Below, piece by piece: positions 20,315-34,520 of a stretch of DNA of 64,000 nt. The first letter of the stretch is position 1. Each line of letters opens with the position of its first letter. This DNA comes from Rotaria socialis (lineage: Eukaryota): contig CAJNYD010000005.1 in assembly GCA_905331295.1 (NCBI GenBank), positions 248,001 through 312,000 of the forward strand. The letters are read 5' to 3'. The notes under the pieces are model-generated. The model made no database searches and had not been told where the DNA came from. It was given only the letters and a program-made list of their open reading frames with translations. Both the position numbers and the translations under genes were made by a program.

Positions 20315-20898
20315 TTCTTTTTTGTTTTGGTTTATTTAATCGAAGTAAAGAATCTAATAAATCTAGAAGTAAATTAAAAATTTTGAAACTATATAATTAA
20401 CAGACTTATTATTAAATTTAACTATTATTCATAAAAATTTATATTTGTTTCTATAGTTCATATCTGAAAAAAAAGAAAAAAACAAGCTTCTTTTTACTGG
20501 ACGTTATGAAGATTTTTTTTCTTAGATATGTGCGTGCCAGAGAACAGAATGAGAAAAAAACAAATGCATCGTAAAATTTAACTACGAAAAAATTTGTTAT
20601 TTCTTGAAGTGAAAAAAATTTTGAAGTCTGTGAAAACTAAAATAAAGTCGAGCAACATCCGTTAGTCATTTTGAAATCAGAGACAAGAAAATCATTATAA
20701 CTTCTATCGTATATTCTCAAGGCTTATAATTAGTTCTTAATACAAGAAAAAGAAATTATAGTTTTAACTATGTGTATATAAAATCGTCCTATCTGACAGA
20801 TATGTTTAAGAAAGAGACAAATCACTATACATATCTGAACAAAAAAATAATAATAATAATAAATTAATTGTTAACAGATGAAGAAAAAAAACAGATAA

Positions 20899-23800
20899 CT
20901 ATGCCCATTTATACAATCGAACTTGATTATCGGCTAAAGCACATAAATGTTGACGAGTTAAACATACATCAACAATATCACATTGTGTAGGAACCTTATA
21001 AGAAGGTGTCTCCGATGGTTGACGGATATTCCACAATTCAATCTACAATGTAAAACAATATATTCTAAATCCATATTTTTTCGTTTATAGTAAATGATAG
21101 ACAGAACAATTTCATGTGATCTCTCCGATAATTTTAATTCTAACAGAGATTAAGCAATATTTCATATTGGGCTATGTCAAGCAAAAACGTCGTCAGAGAC
21201 AATTGATGGTCAACATAACATTAATGATTTTACAACTCGAAAAACATACTTCTATTTTTCTTTTTTCAAAATCAATCCATTCGATCAGATATATACTCAA
21301 ATAAAAACATTACATATTCAAATTCATTTACAATAGAGATTGATTTAAATAATAATATTAGTTCCCATTACAATAGCTTTGATCAAGGATGGAAATAACA
21401 GAAAATGTTTTATCCAGCGTAAGTACCGAAAGGTCGATGCTTCTCTGAAGATTAGATGACGCTTTCCATGGTTTATTATTATTGTGAAGTCTGCAGTACG
21501 TCTATATCACTAATACCTGCTGTTGTTGTTCGTCCATTCGGAATAAAGAATCTCAATAAAAAATTGGCAATCTATCAAAGAATCAGGCAAGTTTTTATTA
21601 TTATTTTCTTTAGGCTTCCTATATTACTCAATGTGCAATTAAAATCTTTAAAAAAATAACTGAATCTCTGTTAGGAAAGTAAATTGATATCGGATTTAGT
21701 AAAACATCGGTAATTTGTAGTCTTCTCTTTTTGCTTAGTTTTTTTTGAAACTGCTTAATCAAATTAAGAATTTGATAAATTTTTCATTCATATGCATAGA
21801 CAAAAAGAGTCATTATACGATATATTATTGATAATAAGCCACAACTTACCCCGTGTGATCCATTATCTGATGCGACAATATAAGTTTCAAAATTCTTATG
21901 AAGAATTTTTGATCTTGATAAAACAATATTAATACTTGAACCAATAAACGTTTGAATTAATTGTAAAGAAACAATAAATGATTGTTCAGAATCTTCAATA
22001 GGTCGTGATATTAATTCATATAGTTCATGTCGTGCTGGGCTTGATTGTGGACGAAATGATGCCAATAAACGATTTGTTATGGAGTCATAATGAAGACTTG
22101 ACAAATTTTCTATGAAAATAAATAAAATTTTTATTTGAGAAAGAAAACGAATGAAAATTTACTATCAATAGGTAATGCATGATATCGGTATTCACTATTT
22201 GGTATATGTTCATAGAAGCCGCTTTTGTCATTACTTCCAACAAGCAATCCACTTGACTGAAAATTTGAATTTCGTTGAATATATTGAAGACCAACAATAG
22301 GTGATGTTGTTGATAAACTTAATGTTTCAATACTTGATGATAAGGTTGTTTCTCCTGTTTGAACTTGTCGTCGATCAAATACTTGTACACGACCGTTATT
22401 TAATCCAGCGTAAATTATATTTGGATCATCAAGATTCCATGCACAACTCCATACTTGAGATGCACATTCACATCTTTTCAAAATTTATGAAAAAAATGAA
22501 AATAAAACAATTTTTAATCGAAAAAAGCCTAAATAAGAAAACAATTAATTTACAAAAGATTGAACGTATTTCGTGTATAGTCGAATATACGCATTGTTTT
22601 ATCCCAAGCACAAGACAATAAAAAATCACCATGTAATTGAATATCACGAATTGGTTTTGTATGACGAAGTGTTGTATATTCTGGAGCACGACCACCATCA
22701 ATAAGACTTATCTATTCATAAAATTATTCTTTTAAATTTCTCTATCAATCGTACTGTATAAATCACATGGTTTAGTTATGTTTTCGGGTTTGGTGGAAAA
22801 GGCAGAAAGGGAAAACGTCGAATGAGAAAAGTAGAAAAACGAAAACGCCGAAAAGGAAAATGTCGAAAATTGAGTTTTTTGATAATTTTAAAGAAAAAGA
22901 AAAATTTATTTTCTAAATTGGTGTACACAGATACGTCGCATCTATGTTCAATACACGCCCAATACTTTTTTGATGAGAACATTTTATTGCATGTGAACAT
23001 ATATGGGTTAAACACTAGTAATGGCTTACCTTTATTAGTCGTCAAGAATGATATTTCACTGTCCATTGCCAACGATTGAAAAGAGAATTATTTGTTAGTT
23101 GTTTTCGCCAGACTGATTTATATATATATGATACACGCTAACAATGAACAAGTATAGACTAGACGAGGAGGACAATGAATTTAACTTATCCCACTAACAA
23201 CCAATACCAACTCAAAAAACAATTTCGTTATCTATAGACATCTTTTTCATTCTACGTTTTCCTTTTTAAAATTTTTCTACTTTTTCCTATAGCATTTTTT
23301 CTTCGATACTTTTATTAATTATACTTTTTCATTTCGACATTTTCCATTCGACGTTTTCACCTTCTGCAATTACTAGTTTCGGCATTTTCCTATTCGGCGT
23401 TTTTCTTTTCTACCTTTTCCAGCAATTCTATGTTTCTCCATAAAATACAAATAATATTTAGATTTTATTAATGAGAATCTCGTCAAGGACGTTATGATAA
23501 CTTAATGATGAATTGAGATCGACTTTCAAGAGAAACCTAACTAACATCGAAGAATTACGATAGATTACTATCTTTTCTTTACTGAATCGCTTTTAGTTTG
23601 TTTCTTTTGTGTTGATCTAACATCTACATCAGTCTATTGTTTATAAACAAGCAACAGCACATCGATGGCAGCATTGAAAAAGCTGATAAAGTCAATGAAA
23701 ATGAGTTTAATCTATGAAATAAATTGTATTGATATCAGATAGAAAATATTATTGGAAAATATTCATTATCTTCTTGCTCATAATGGCAAAGGATTTGCAT

Positions 23801-24994
23801 TCGAGAAGAAAACTGAAATGTAAAAGCGAGTTTTGATTTCATTCAGAAAAAAAGGCTACATGTTTTTTTTCTCGATGACGATACATCAATGATAACCACT
23901 TTCGTTTTTGTTTTAGATTAATAATAGTACTCACGAAATAACACAGAAAAATTCTAACCTTTTTAATTCCATATCCAGGGTATAGACTATTATTTGTTGG
24001 TTGGCTAACGAAAAGCCATTGATGTGATGAAGCATAAGCGAGAACACGACACATTCCCTAGAAAATTTTTATGATATTTAAAATCATTGCAATATAAATT
24101 TCATGTTCTACCTCTGGTATTTTAATAACGGTCTCTAATCGTATATTAATTGCAGGTGGAGGTGCAAGATTTCCTATTATTTCTGACGAAGTTCGAGTAG
24201 AATCATCTATTGTTTCACCAAGATTGGTTAAACCATGTGATAATCTATTTCGCGATAAAATAAAAAAATTAGAATAAAATTATTTAGGAAAATAAAATTT
24301 TACTTTAATAATCTATCATGTTCATTTTGTAAACGTTTTAATTGATCTTTAAGAATATCATAAGCTAATTGTAATTCAGCTTTTTCATAGGCTATTTTCT
24401 TCCTTGACTTTTTTTCTAAATCTCTTTCTCTAATAGCATTGTCTCGTTCACTTGTATCTAATACTTGAAGTGCACGACAATAAATTCTTCGTAAATCTTT
24501 TTTCTTTACTGTTGATTGACATTGTGGACATTTAGGCGATGTACGAAGCCATTTTTCAATGCATCTAAATTTAAAAAAATGACATATTTTAATAAAACAA
24601 ATAAAATATTAACGAACATTTTGCCAAATAAATGGCCACATTCAGTAGCAACAATTCTATGTTGACCAGAATTAGTCCATTCCTCAAGACAAATAGGACA
24701 CACTTCAGCATCATTTTGAATTGTTGTTCGTGATAAATCTTCTTTATCATCATTGTCGTCATCAGTATTACTTGATTTGTTTTTTTTTCGTTTATTAGAT
24801 GATGTGATTGGTCTCGGTAGTACTTCTATGTCTTGAGAAGATGCTGATGATGAACGATCTCGACGATTATGAGAGGGATCGTCATGAGAAACATCAAGAT
24901 CAATTACTTCAGGAATATTTGTATTTGCACCATCATCTAGAATTACTGAAATATTTATCTAAATCATTATTTTTTTTTCTATTAACTTACTCAT
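20899..24994 (-). CDS. RFWD3: RING finger and WD40 E3 ubiquitin ligase RFWD3 (multi-exon; first coding exon ATGA at 24994-24991)
   Basis: RING [34 protein letters not shown]..KCPQC, then coiled coil, then WD40 (CRVLAY..LFVSQP, HTKPIRDI, VWSCAWNLDDPNIIYAGLNNGRV); ends QVRLYKWA*. Confidence 0.92.
22786..23428 (-). mobile_element. Internally deleted Mutator-like (MULE) element with FLYWCH remnant, in an RFWD3 intron
   Basis: ORF 22776-23072 contains TTNKGKPLLVFNPYMF..KKYWAC..RC (FLYWCH-like). Ends are (C)GAAAAG-rich inverted arrays; flanks tatgttttc / tatgtttct resemble a 9-bp TSD. Confidence 0.7.
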
Positions 24995-26183
24995 AGTAAC
25001 GACGTATAATAAATAATGATGAAAATGTTTTATATTATATTTATTGTTCAATCAAAAGAAATTTAGTTATTTTTTTAATTTCGATATGTCTGAAATTGTA
25101 TATTTTTAATTTCTATAAATATCAAGAATAATATTTAACTATACATGATAACAGAGAAAATAATAGCTTATACTGTCCAGTAGAATAAAATAATGTTTGC
25201 TTTGGTACACATATCAACATATGTAATTTCTGTCAGTGATACCTATGCGAAACCGTTAACCAATGAATAAACTCAGAAGATTTTTATATAGCATTATCCA
25301 ACATTAAAACATAATCATCACAAGCGAAAAATTATTTTAGTTTCACCAAGGACGAATTCAATAGTAAATTCGAGGGAGTAGTACAAACAAAAATGTTTTT
25401 ATTCTATCGCATAAGCTTAAAAGTCTTTCCCGAATGGATAATTTCTTATTCGATTGTCAACTAAATTTACAATCCTTTTATATGAAAACTATCAGAATGA
25501 ATCCTTTGGTAGAAAAGCGTATTTCGTGTGAATAAGTGATTCAGAATCTGCTGACAAAGACTGAATTTTCCAGTCACACAGCATACCAACGAAAAAAAGA
25601 TGAATGATATTTGTTGTGACGAACAAATCTATGACAGAAATTGATTTGTCCAATCAATATTAAGAAAATAAAATTGCCTATAAAGAATGACGTAATAATT
25701 TGACGGAGAAAATAATTTTAGGTTAACTATAAATTTGTCAAGAAAAACAAAAACAAAAATATCCTTGCTGTTATTGGTGACTAATGACATCTATGAATCA
25801 CAGCTCAAACGTACATAGTCCAGTGGAACCATTTAGCCTATTCGCGTACAGCTTCTTTTGCTTCTGGGGCAACAAAGCCATACGTTATGAATAAGTTTTG
25901 AAAGCTTCACAGGTCAAGAATATGAATACAGAGTTCACCTCGGGCGATATATTGTTATCGTTTCGTTTGCATGATTTTCGATGGAATATGCAAGTTTATG
26001 TCATCGAATACATTCTAGGGTACCTAATTATAGGAGTAACTGATTATTCATCATAAAGATGTCTTAGTACTTCTAACGCATCCCATCTTTTGCTTTAATC
26101 GAAATATCAAGCAGAAAACATCAGTGCTTCAAGTTGTTTCTCTTGAACGACAGAAGTAGTTGCAGCTGCTGTCGGAACTGGGC

Positions 26184-26277
26184 CTTATTCATTTTTCATT
26201 TTGGTCCGAATACTTATTCATTTTTCATTTTGGTCCGAATACTTATTCATTTTTCATTTTGGTCCGAATACTTATTC
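26184..26277. repeat. Tandem repeat, 29-bp unit x3.2 (CTTATTCATTTTTCATTTTGGTCCGAATA)
   Basis: Three identical adjacent copies with no spacers. Confidence 0.95.
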
Positions 26278-26328
26278 TGACCAAGAAATGTTCATACTTA
26301 CTTCCCATGTAATAAAAGCCGCATGAAA

Positions 26329-26603
26329 ATCGGCGGTTAACCGCGGTTTTACCGATCCGGTTACCGGCTCCCATTACCGCAGAACGGATAAATACCGCAG
26401 TTTACCGCAAAAAATGATCCGACATTTACCGCGGTANACAGAAAAAGTCTTCCAAATCATCAATAAACTATTTTAAAGATCCTTTTTTTTTACTTTTACG
26501 TGTGATAAACATGCGCAAAAAACCGCCGGTTTACCGGTCCGGTTACCGGCTCCCATTACCGCAGAACGGATAAATACCGCAGTTTACCGCAAAAATTGAT
26601 CCG
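26329..26603. repeat. TACCGC/CGGT-rich MITE-like repeat with a ~78-bp direct duplication around an N
   Basis: 26345-26422 matches 26528-26603; N at 26437; related motif near 53264-53270. Confidence 0.7.
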
Positions 26604-28142
26604 GTATTCGCAACATGGGTTCTTTATTCGAAGTGAGCATCTAGAAATTCAATTTTTCCAATATCAAGCATCTCTTGCGGATCGTCAATAGAAAAATACA
26701 CGCCCCTATTTAGATTCTGACTTCTGATCTCGCTGCTATTTCTTTTTTTAAACAAACAATAATTATTCAGCAAATCTTACGGAGTAGTAAAAAAACGCTT
26801 CTTTCCTAGACGTGACAGCAGGACCAAAAAGGGTAATCAATAACGGAACTGTGATGTAAAAATAAAGTTATTCCGGCCGTTCCCTACCTGTGGCACATGC
26901 AGGAAGCCTATAGATCTTATAGACTTGCTGAGATTGAGTTCTTTTTATCTCGGTTACGTCTCTCTAATGAATCCCGTAGATCTTTCAATTGTTATGCTCA
27001 GTAAAAATTTGTTTGGCAAGATAAAATGCCTTTGTATCTTGCATTCAATTGAAATAAAGTGTTTCTATCTGTTGTCGATGTATTCGAATCAATTGAGTAC
27101 ATTGCTATGAAAAAAATACACATCAACTCATCCACAAAAATTTATGAAGTTTGGTCGACTTTTTAAGCTAATGATAAGGTCTGTGCTATTTTTACTCGTG
27201 TATAAGTATATTATTTAATATAGAGATTATTATTGTAGTATAAAATCATTTTAGTACTTTTCATAGTTTTTTTCTTAGGAGATAATTCATTGAGATACAT
27301 CTAAGTTTAATATTCGATAAGAAATACATTTAATTTCTTTACGAGGCAAAATTCTTGTATCATCTTTTTGCAGATTCTTTCTTAACAATGTTCAGTATAG
27401 GATTTCTCGCTAATTGATATGATCAAGCTAATAAGATATAAAATCCAGAAGAGAAAATTTTAACCAACAACACAAGAATCTTCTAATTAGGTAAAACTCA
27501 TGCATGCACATAATCTAATCCTCAAGATTCTTTTAATTGTAATTAGTCAAGGATTGATCTCTTCAATTGTCTAGCACAATTATTCTTCTGCTTTACTCTC
27601 ACAATAAATATGAACACGCTATATTGTTTTTTTCTTTCCTTCAATTGAATTGTCAAAGTCATCACAACAATTCATATATTAAAATAATGTGCGATGCTAA
27701 AGCAATGTACAAAAAGGATGTTAAAACAGAGAACGTTTTGGTTAGAATTAAGAAAATTTATTTTTCTTCTTCCGCATTGTTTGTCATTGACTTGCTGTTT
27801 ATCGTACATTTACAAAACAGAGTAAAAAAAGAAATATCTTTTAAATAGTAGCAATTATATTGCCTTTCACATTTTCATATAGTCTTATTTAAATGATCTA
27901 AATCGATTCAAAAGTAGGCAATGAGTGGCTCACTTTGAATTTTTGTAAGATTTACCTATTGAATGACAACGAATTATTTTGTAATCGATTAAATAATTAT
28001 TCATTAAATATGTTAGTACAAAAATAGATACACAGACTGATTAAATTTAAGCAAAGAACTAATAAAAATTATTAGAAAAATATCATGATTATCACTTTCG
28101 ATAAAAGAATTAGTATTAAAATGTAGAAAATTTTATAATTTA

Positions 28143-28877
28143 TCACTGATTTTCGTTACTTGTAATTGGTTGTGCTGTCTAATATGACAAAAAAAATTTG
28201 GCTTTTAAAGAAATCAATTAATAATAAGAATTACAGACTTGTAATGGTGGCAAATCATTTGGAATATTGAATGTTTGTCGAACCTCTTCTGGTGTTTTGC
28301 CTTTAATCATGTTTGCTACTGTTTTACATCCCATGTCAAGTAATTCTGTCATTCCTAAGTGATCAGCAGCCTAATAAGTAATTAAAAACATACAAAAACA
28401 ATGAATGCAATATTACAAAGAACTTAACCTACCACAATAATCTCAAAGATCATCTCCTGTTTAATGTTGAAAAAAGTTTTATCCCATGGTGAAATCTCGC
28501 CATGGTTTCGGTCATTTTCACTATTGTCGGCGGAATCAGCTTCGTCTTGTTTATGATGATTTGACCATTCAATAATCTATGATGATATACATATATAGCT
28601 ACGTATAAACACAACTATAATATTTAAAATGAAATAACTGCTTACTTTTTTTAAAGTTTCTGTACTAATAGCATCTAAATCAATAGGATTTTCTGGTACA
28701 TTTGTACTGTCCAAAACTGAATATAGATGATAAATTATATAGAGCAAATAGAATATATTTAATAATAATTCTACCTTCATATATAAGTTTCACGGGTTGC
28801 CATTGTTTCGCGATGTAAAGATCAACTTCAAGAATGCCACCATCACTAGTTGCTACTTTTATCTTATCTTCAGCCAT
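28143..28877 (-). CDS. Divergent SKP1 paralog; exons approx 28877-28775, 28716-28646, 28576-28433, 28370-28239, 28178-28143
   Basis: [14 protein letters not shown]...[16 protein letters not shown]...[53 protein letters not shown]; intron positions and phases match SKP1. Confidence 0.92.
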
Positions 28878-30154
28878 TTGCTTTTACTTTTGTTCAATTT
28901 GTTAAATTCTAAAATTTAATTTAATTTTTAATTGAAGATAACTAAATAGCTGATATTTAAATGAATTCATAAGATCATTTATTTGATCAATTCAAGGCCT
29001 AATAATCATAAATACATATATACATTGAGGCATTGTCATTGTATCAGCGCTATCGTTTCGGATAATTTTTCCACATAATATTTATTTGAAAGTATAAGCG
29101 AATGAAGAATAAGAAAGTTAAAAAGAAATGTTTTGTCTTTGTTTTTAAGCTAAGGGATCTTTCCAACAGCTATGTTGAGTCACTTCAGTATAGATTACGA
29201 GAGAGAAACAAAATAAAATTGTAATTATTTCGCATCATTTCTCACTAGTGACATCAATGTGAAAATTTTTCTTCAAATTATATTTTTTTCTATTTTTCTA
29301 CAATATTTTTTTTCATAGAATAACATTACTTTATATTGTTTTTTCTTTTAATAATTATTAGAATAAATTTGATTTAATCTGAAGTTCATGTGTAATGCTG
29401 GGTAAAATGTAGCATTAGTCCATTGACATGCATAGTTTATAAAATATGCGTCGTCTCAAATCGTTGGTCCCAGTGGACATCGATGTTTATTGAATTTTTA
29501 AAAATGTTTTTCTTATTATTCTTTCATACCTTTTTAGACTAGTTTATATATATACTTGTTTCGATACTAAAAGAAGAAGAAGAACCAATATTATGATGCG
29601 AGAGGCTAACATTCAATGAAATATAATAATATCCATTTTTCTTCATCGACATCTTTGAAGGATGTACGTCAAGAGGTAGCATATCTCAATAAAGATCTTA
29701 ATCATATTAATTTATTTATACATTTGCTTTTGCTTTTTGTGTTTTATATCAGAGTGGAAATCTTCTTTTAGAACCACTTCTTTCATCAAGTCAACAAACT
29801 AGACAAGTAAGTTTTTCAAAATAATAAATAGTTTTGTTTGAGCATATGTCTATGCCATAATTATAATTAATTATAATTCAGTTTCTCCTCTGTAATTTTT
29901 GATGTTAGTCTACTAGTGATTTATTCGTAAGTGAAGAACCACGAGATTTTCGATCCACTTGTTTTAATTACATCTCGAGGTTGAAACACTTGTGTAAGTT
30001 CTCGAATTTCTATCGCTATTCTACTCTTTATGATATGATTTCTTACGTACTAATCTGTTTTTTTTTATTAACTTTTATTTACTTGAATATGCTTTCTAAT
30101 TAACATAAATGAACAGACGAAGATTTTTATTAGAATAATTGTTTAGATTGTACC

Positions 30155-32681
30155 ATGACTATTCCATCATCAAGTAAATATTGTTATGATATATTAAAAT
30201 GGATTCCAGTCATTTTTATTGTTGGAATTCTCGGATGGTCTTATTATGCTTATGTTGTACAAATGTGCATTTGTAAGTTTATGATAAAATAGTTTTGTAA
30301 ATACTATTTCCAATCATTTAGTAACTATTGACAACGTTCCTAAAAAAGGTAAGATAAATATCTTGAGTGTTTTCTATTGATCTGTGAGATAAAAATCGTA
30401 CCAGAAAATACTCACTCATTTTTTGGTCAATCAAAGAAAACTGCACATAGCTTAAATTAGAATTAGTACCGAGCAAGATTATATCGATTTCGGATTTTTG
30501 AATAGCGAAACAGTTGTTAATGGAACGTTATTGTACAAATTAACATTCTTTACAAAGTGTGCTAGTAATTTTTAAATCGTAGATTTGCAAATTGTAATTT
30601 TTTTTGAAATACTATTTCTTAAAAACTCAATTTTCATACTTGTATACATTTCTATACGAATTAACTCATGGATGCAAACATATATAAGAAAGTTTGCTCA
30701 TGATATTGTTTCATTCGAATTTATCAGAAAATTCAATGTTCAACAATAATATTGGGTTTAAGTTGTTCTCGTGTTTTCATTTAATTTTTTTTTTCAAAAG
30801 AAACTCTAGAGTTTCGTAAGAAAAATGACTTACAATTGTTAAATCTAGTTTCAGAAAAAAAAGCTTGAACATAGTGTAGAAAACAAGGAATGACTTTTAG
30901 TGTAACTGATTGATTCTGGCGAAATAAACGCTTTCTTTTAGTAGCTAAAAAATGAATGAATATTTAGTAGCAAAGCTTTCAAAACTTCGTTGATTTATTA
31001 TAAATAAGTTAATGATAATTTTTAGTGATGTACTTATGTGTTTATCATTCCTTATTAATTCTGTTTTTGTGGTCATATTATCGAACAGTATTTGAACCTT
31101 TACGTGGACCAACTAGAGAGGTGAAAATAATTTAATGATGAAAAAAACAGCAACGCATTCCCTTGTTATTTTTTAGTTTTACATTGGTGAAGTTGACGGT
31201 GAACATATATCTGCTGCACAAACAGTTAATGAAAGACGCACGGCTCTTGTGCGACTTTCTCGTGAAGCAAATTTACCATTGTTAACTCGGCATATCGATG
31301 GAAGTATGAAATTAGTTTGAATTAATAAAGAACAAAACAAAATATATGTTTTTCATAAAGGTATTCGTTATTGTTTCATATGTCGATGCATAAAACCTGA
31401 TCGAGCTCATCATTGTTCAGTCTGTGAAAAATGCGTTCTTAGATATGATCATCATTGCCCATGGTAAAAATATTTTTTTGACTAAAAACAAACAATGAAT
31501 TTATTTTAATTTTAAGGACAAATAGTTGTATTTCATATGGAAATTATAAATATTTTATATTATTTCTTGCTTGGTCATTTATTTTTTGTATTTTTGTGGC
31601 TGGAACATCGTTTGAATATTTTATTCTATTTTGGCAGGTTAAAGCGTATTTTTCGACCTCAAACCTATATTCTAATTGTTGTTTTGCTTTATTTAGAGTG
31701 TGACGAATATGGATCAAGTATGCTATTTTTTATTAGAAATAAAACAAGAAAAAGTTATTGAAATAATATCTATTTCTCTAATTTAGACTCAAAGCCATTC
31801 AATGTCATCGAGTGGAAAATTTCATTTACTTTTTCTTTTTTTTGTTGCAATTGTCTTTGCCATCAGTATATCATCATTATTTTTTTATCATTTATTTTTA
31901 ATTGGAAAAAATCGAACGACAGTCGGTAAATAGTTTGTTTTAAAGTTTGTTTTGAAAACGAATTTTCGGATGAAAATTCTTCTTCTTAGAATCATATCGA
32001 ACTCCAGTATTTACTAATGGACCTCAAAAAGACGGTTTTGATTTGGGTTTTAAACAAAATTTTCAAGAAATATTTGGAAACAATTTTATGAAAGCGATTG
32101 CACCAATATATACAACGTAATGTTTTAGTATTTTAAATTTCATTTTATTTATTTGTCTTTTTTTGATTACGTAGTCGAGGTGATGGAGTTAATTATCCCA
32201 TAAATACTATGATATTGGAAGCTTTGGAACAACAATCTAGAAGCCCCAAGTATGTAATACGATTGAATAGTAGAATTCAGAAGTAAAATTATAATAATTT
32301 GATACCACCGTTAAGTTGAAACCGAACTAAGTAGTACACAAAACAAATTGATTCGTGGAGAAAATTATTTTCTAAATTTTTTAATATTTTAAAGAGTTTT
32401 AATTGTGACAAGAGTAAAAACAGCTATTTTAATGATGCAAGCAGTAGTGTATGATAGAGTTTAAACAATAAATAATAAACATAATGAAATGAATTTTTCT
32501 CAAGGGAAATCTTTGTAGAGATAAAATAGTTTTGTATGCATTTATTATTTTATTATTCCGTAAATTCTAATATGTTGTCTTTTCTTTTAGTAGAGATATT
32601 ATTTTGCCTCTTGATACGCCATCAAGTTCAATAAATAATGATCGAAATCACCTGTTGACTGGCAATACGAACAACCAATAA
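30155..32681 (+). CDS. DHHC palmitoyltransferase (ZDHHC2/15/20 group), multi-exon; probable 5' UTR exons near 29600-29806
   Basis: [92 protein letters not shown]. Confidence 0.93.
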
Positions 32682-32988
32682 GAAGAATAACAGAGGTTAT
32701 TTTCTTGCGTTATCTGATAGTGAACTTGTGCAAATTTAATTTATTTCTGTATAAATACATATAAATGAATATTTATTTATTTTTTCTCAATAATTTTATC
32801 AGCGTGGTCAATCTACATTTTGATTGTTCCTATTTTTGATGCTTATTTTCTTTTCTTCTTTCTTTGTTTATTTGGTTTATTTATTCAAATTTTAGCAACG
32901 GACAACTGTAGATCTAAATTCGTTTTGTGTATTACAGAATCCAACGAATTTAGTTTATTTAAGATTATAAAAATACCTGATCTTCCGA

Positions 32989-33520
32989 ATGGCCAATAGA
33001 GAAAGTGGCAGCAACAAAAAACAAATAACAAATGAAGTTGTTACTCGCGAATACACGGTCAATTTACATAAACGATTGCATGGCGTGTAAGTTCAATGTA
33101 ACTTTGCTATGAATGTTTACTCTTTGATTTGTATTTGAAATAGTGCTTTCAAGAAGCGAGCACCACGTGCAGTTAAAGAATTAAAAAAATTTGCTGAAAA
33201 AATGATGAAAACACCTGATGTTCGTATCGATTCAAAATTAAACAAGGAAATTTGGTCACAAGGAATCAAGTTAGTTTTTGAGATTTTGTTTTTGAAAATT
33301 CTTTTTTTTTTGTATTTAGTCATGTTCCTTATCGTGTTCGAGTTCGATTAGCTCGGCAACGTAATGAAGATGAAGATTCACTACATAAACTTTATACATT
33401 GGTTACATTTGTTCGAGTACCTTCATTCAAAGGTTTTTTCTCTTCTTGCATTTCATATTTAAATCTTCTTTTTTTCTTCCCTTTTTAGGATTACTCACTG
33501 CTAATGTTGACAATGAATAA
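32989..33520 (+). CDS. RPL31: 60S ribosomal protein L31 (4 coding exons)
   Basis: [77 protein letters not shown]. Confidence 0.97.
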
Positions 33521-34199
33521 ATAAACAAAACAGTAGATAACATCAAATAAACAAGAACGTTGTGATTTTCTCTCGTTGTTTTGTTGAAATAAAATGGAGA
33601 GAAAACGAATGTTTTCACATTCAATCTAAAATAAGAATAAATAGTATCTATTAAAAGAAATCATTTGAGAATGCTTATTTATTAAAGCCTATTCAAAAAA
33701 AAAGTATTTAGAAATTTTCTCAGCAGGTGCACAGAAAACCTTGCGTTGAGTTTTCTATAGTGCTAAATTTCGTCTTGTTTGTAATTACTATTTGTTTTTA
33801 TACATGGCAATAGATATGCCTTTCATTCATTAAACAACAATAAATTACTGCTGGAAGTTTTAGTAATTAAAATGAATTTCTAAATAAACGTTTTCAGAAA
33901 ACGAAATACTTTGTTGTATATTTAAGATTTGTATCGTGAACTGAAATTTATTAGTAACAAGAGATGATGAAGAAATATCTGTTTAATTCTATGTGCACAA
34001 AACAACTTGACATTGATTGCTTAGCTATTCGTCAAGACTATTTCCCAAAAGACTACTCGTTGCAAACGAATATACGCACGATGGTCGATCGGTTCAATCA
34101 TATGCCGTTCTTTAGTCTTGTAAAAGCTGATTGTTGTGTGTGTATGTGTGTGTCTTAGTAATTATTCTCATGTGATTGCTCTTGCAGTCAACGACAGGA

Positions 34200-34202
<3 letters not shown>

Positions 34203-34234
<32 letters not shown>
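34203..34234. repeat. (CT)n microsatellite upstream of the zinc finger gene
   Basis: About 15 CT units. Confidence 0.9.
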
Positions 34235-34235
<1 letters not shown>

Positions 34236-34520
34236 AAAGTGATTGTATTAGACTTGAGTGAACGAGAAGAACAGATTACTAAACGGACTGTTGCGATCAT
34301 CATCATTGATGAGTCTCATTGGGAGAAGACGATAGAGAGACAGAGAGAAGACACATTTTTTTATTTCTTCTTCTCTTCATATAAGCCGATTTGGTTGGCG
34401 AGTCGAGCTGTTTTTTACGCATCAGTAATACAACTAGCAACATAGGGTACATCACAACTAATACAGGGACCGCGCAGATTGACAAGATTATCGAGTTCGA
34501 TGGAATCGATTGAGAAAAAT

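Noticed and set aside
26184..26277. 29-bp direct repeats resembling a CRISPR array
   Set aside because: No spacers, eukaryotic context, no cas genes.
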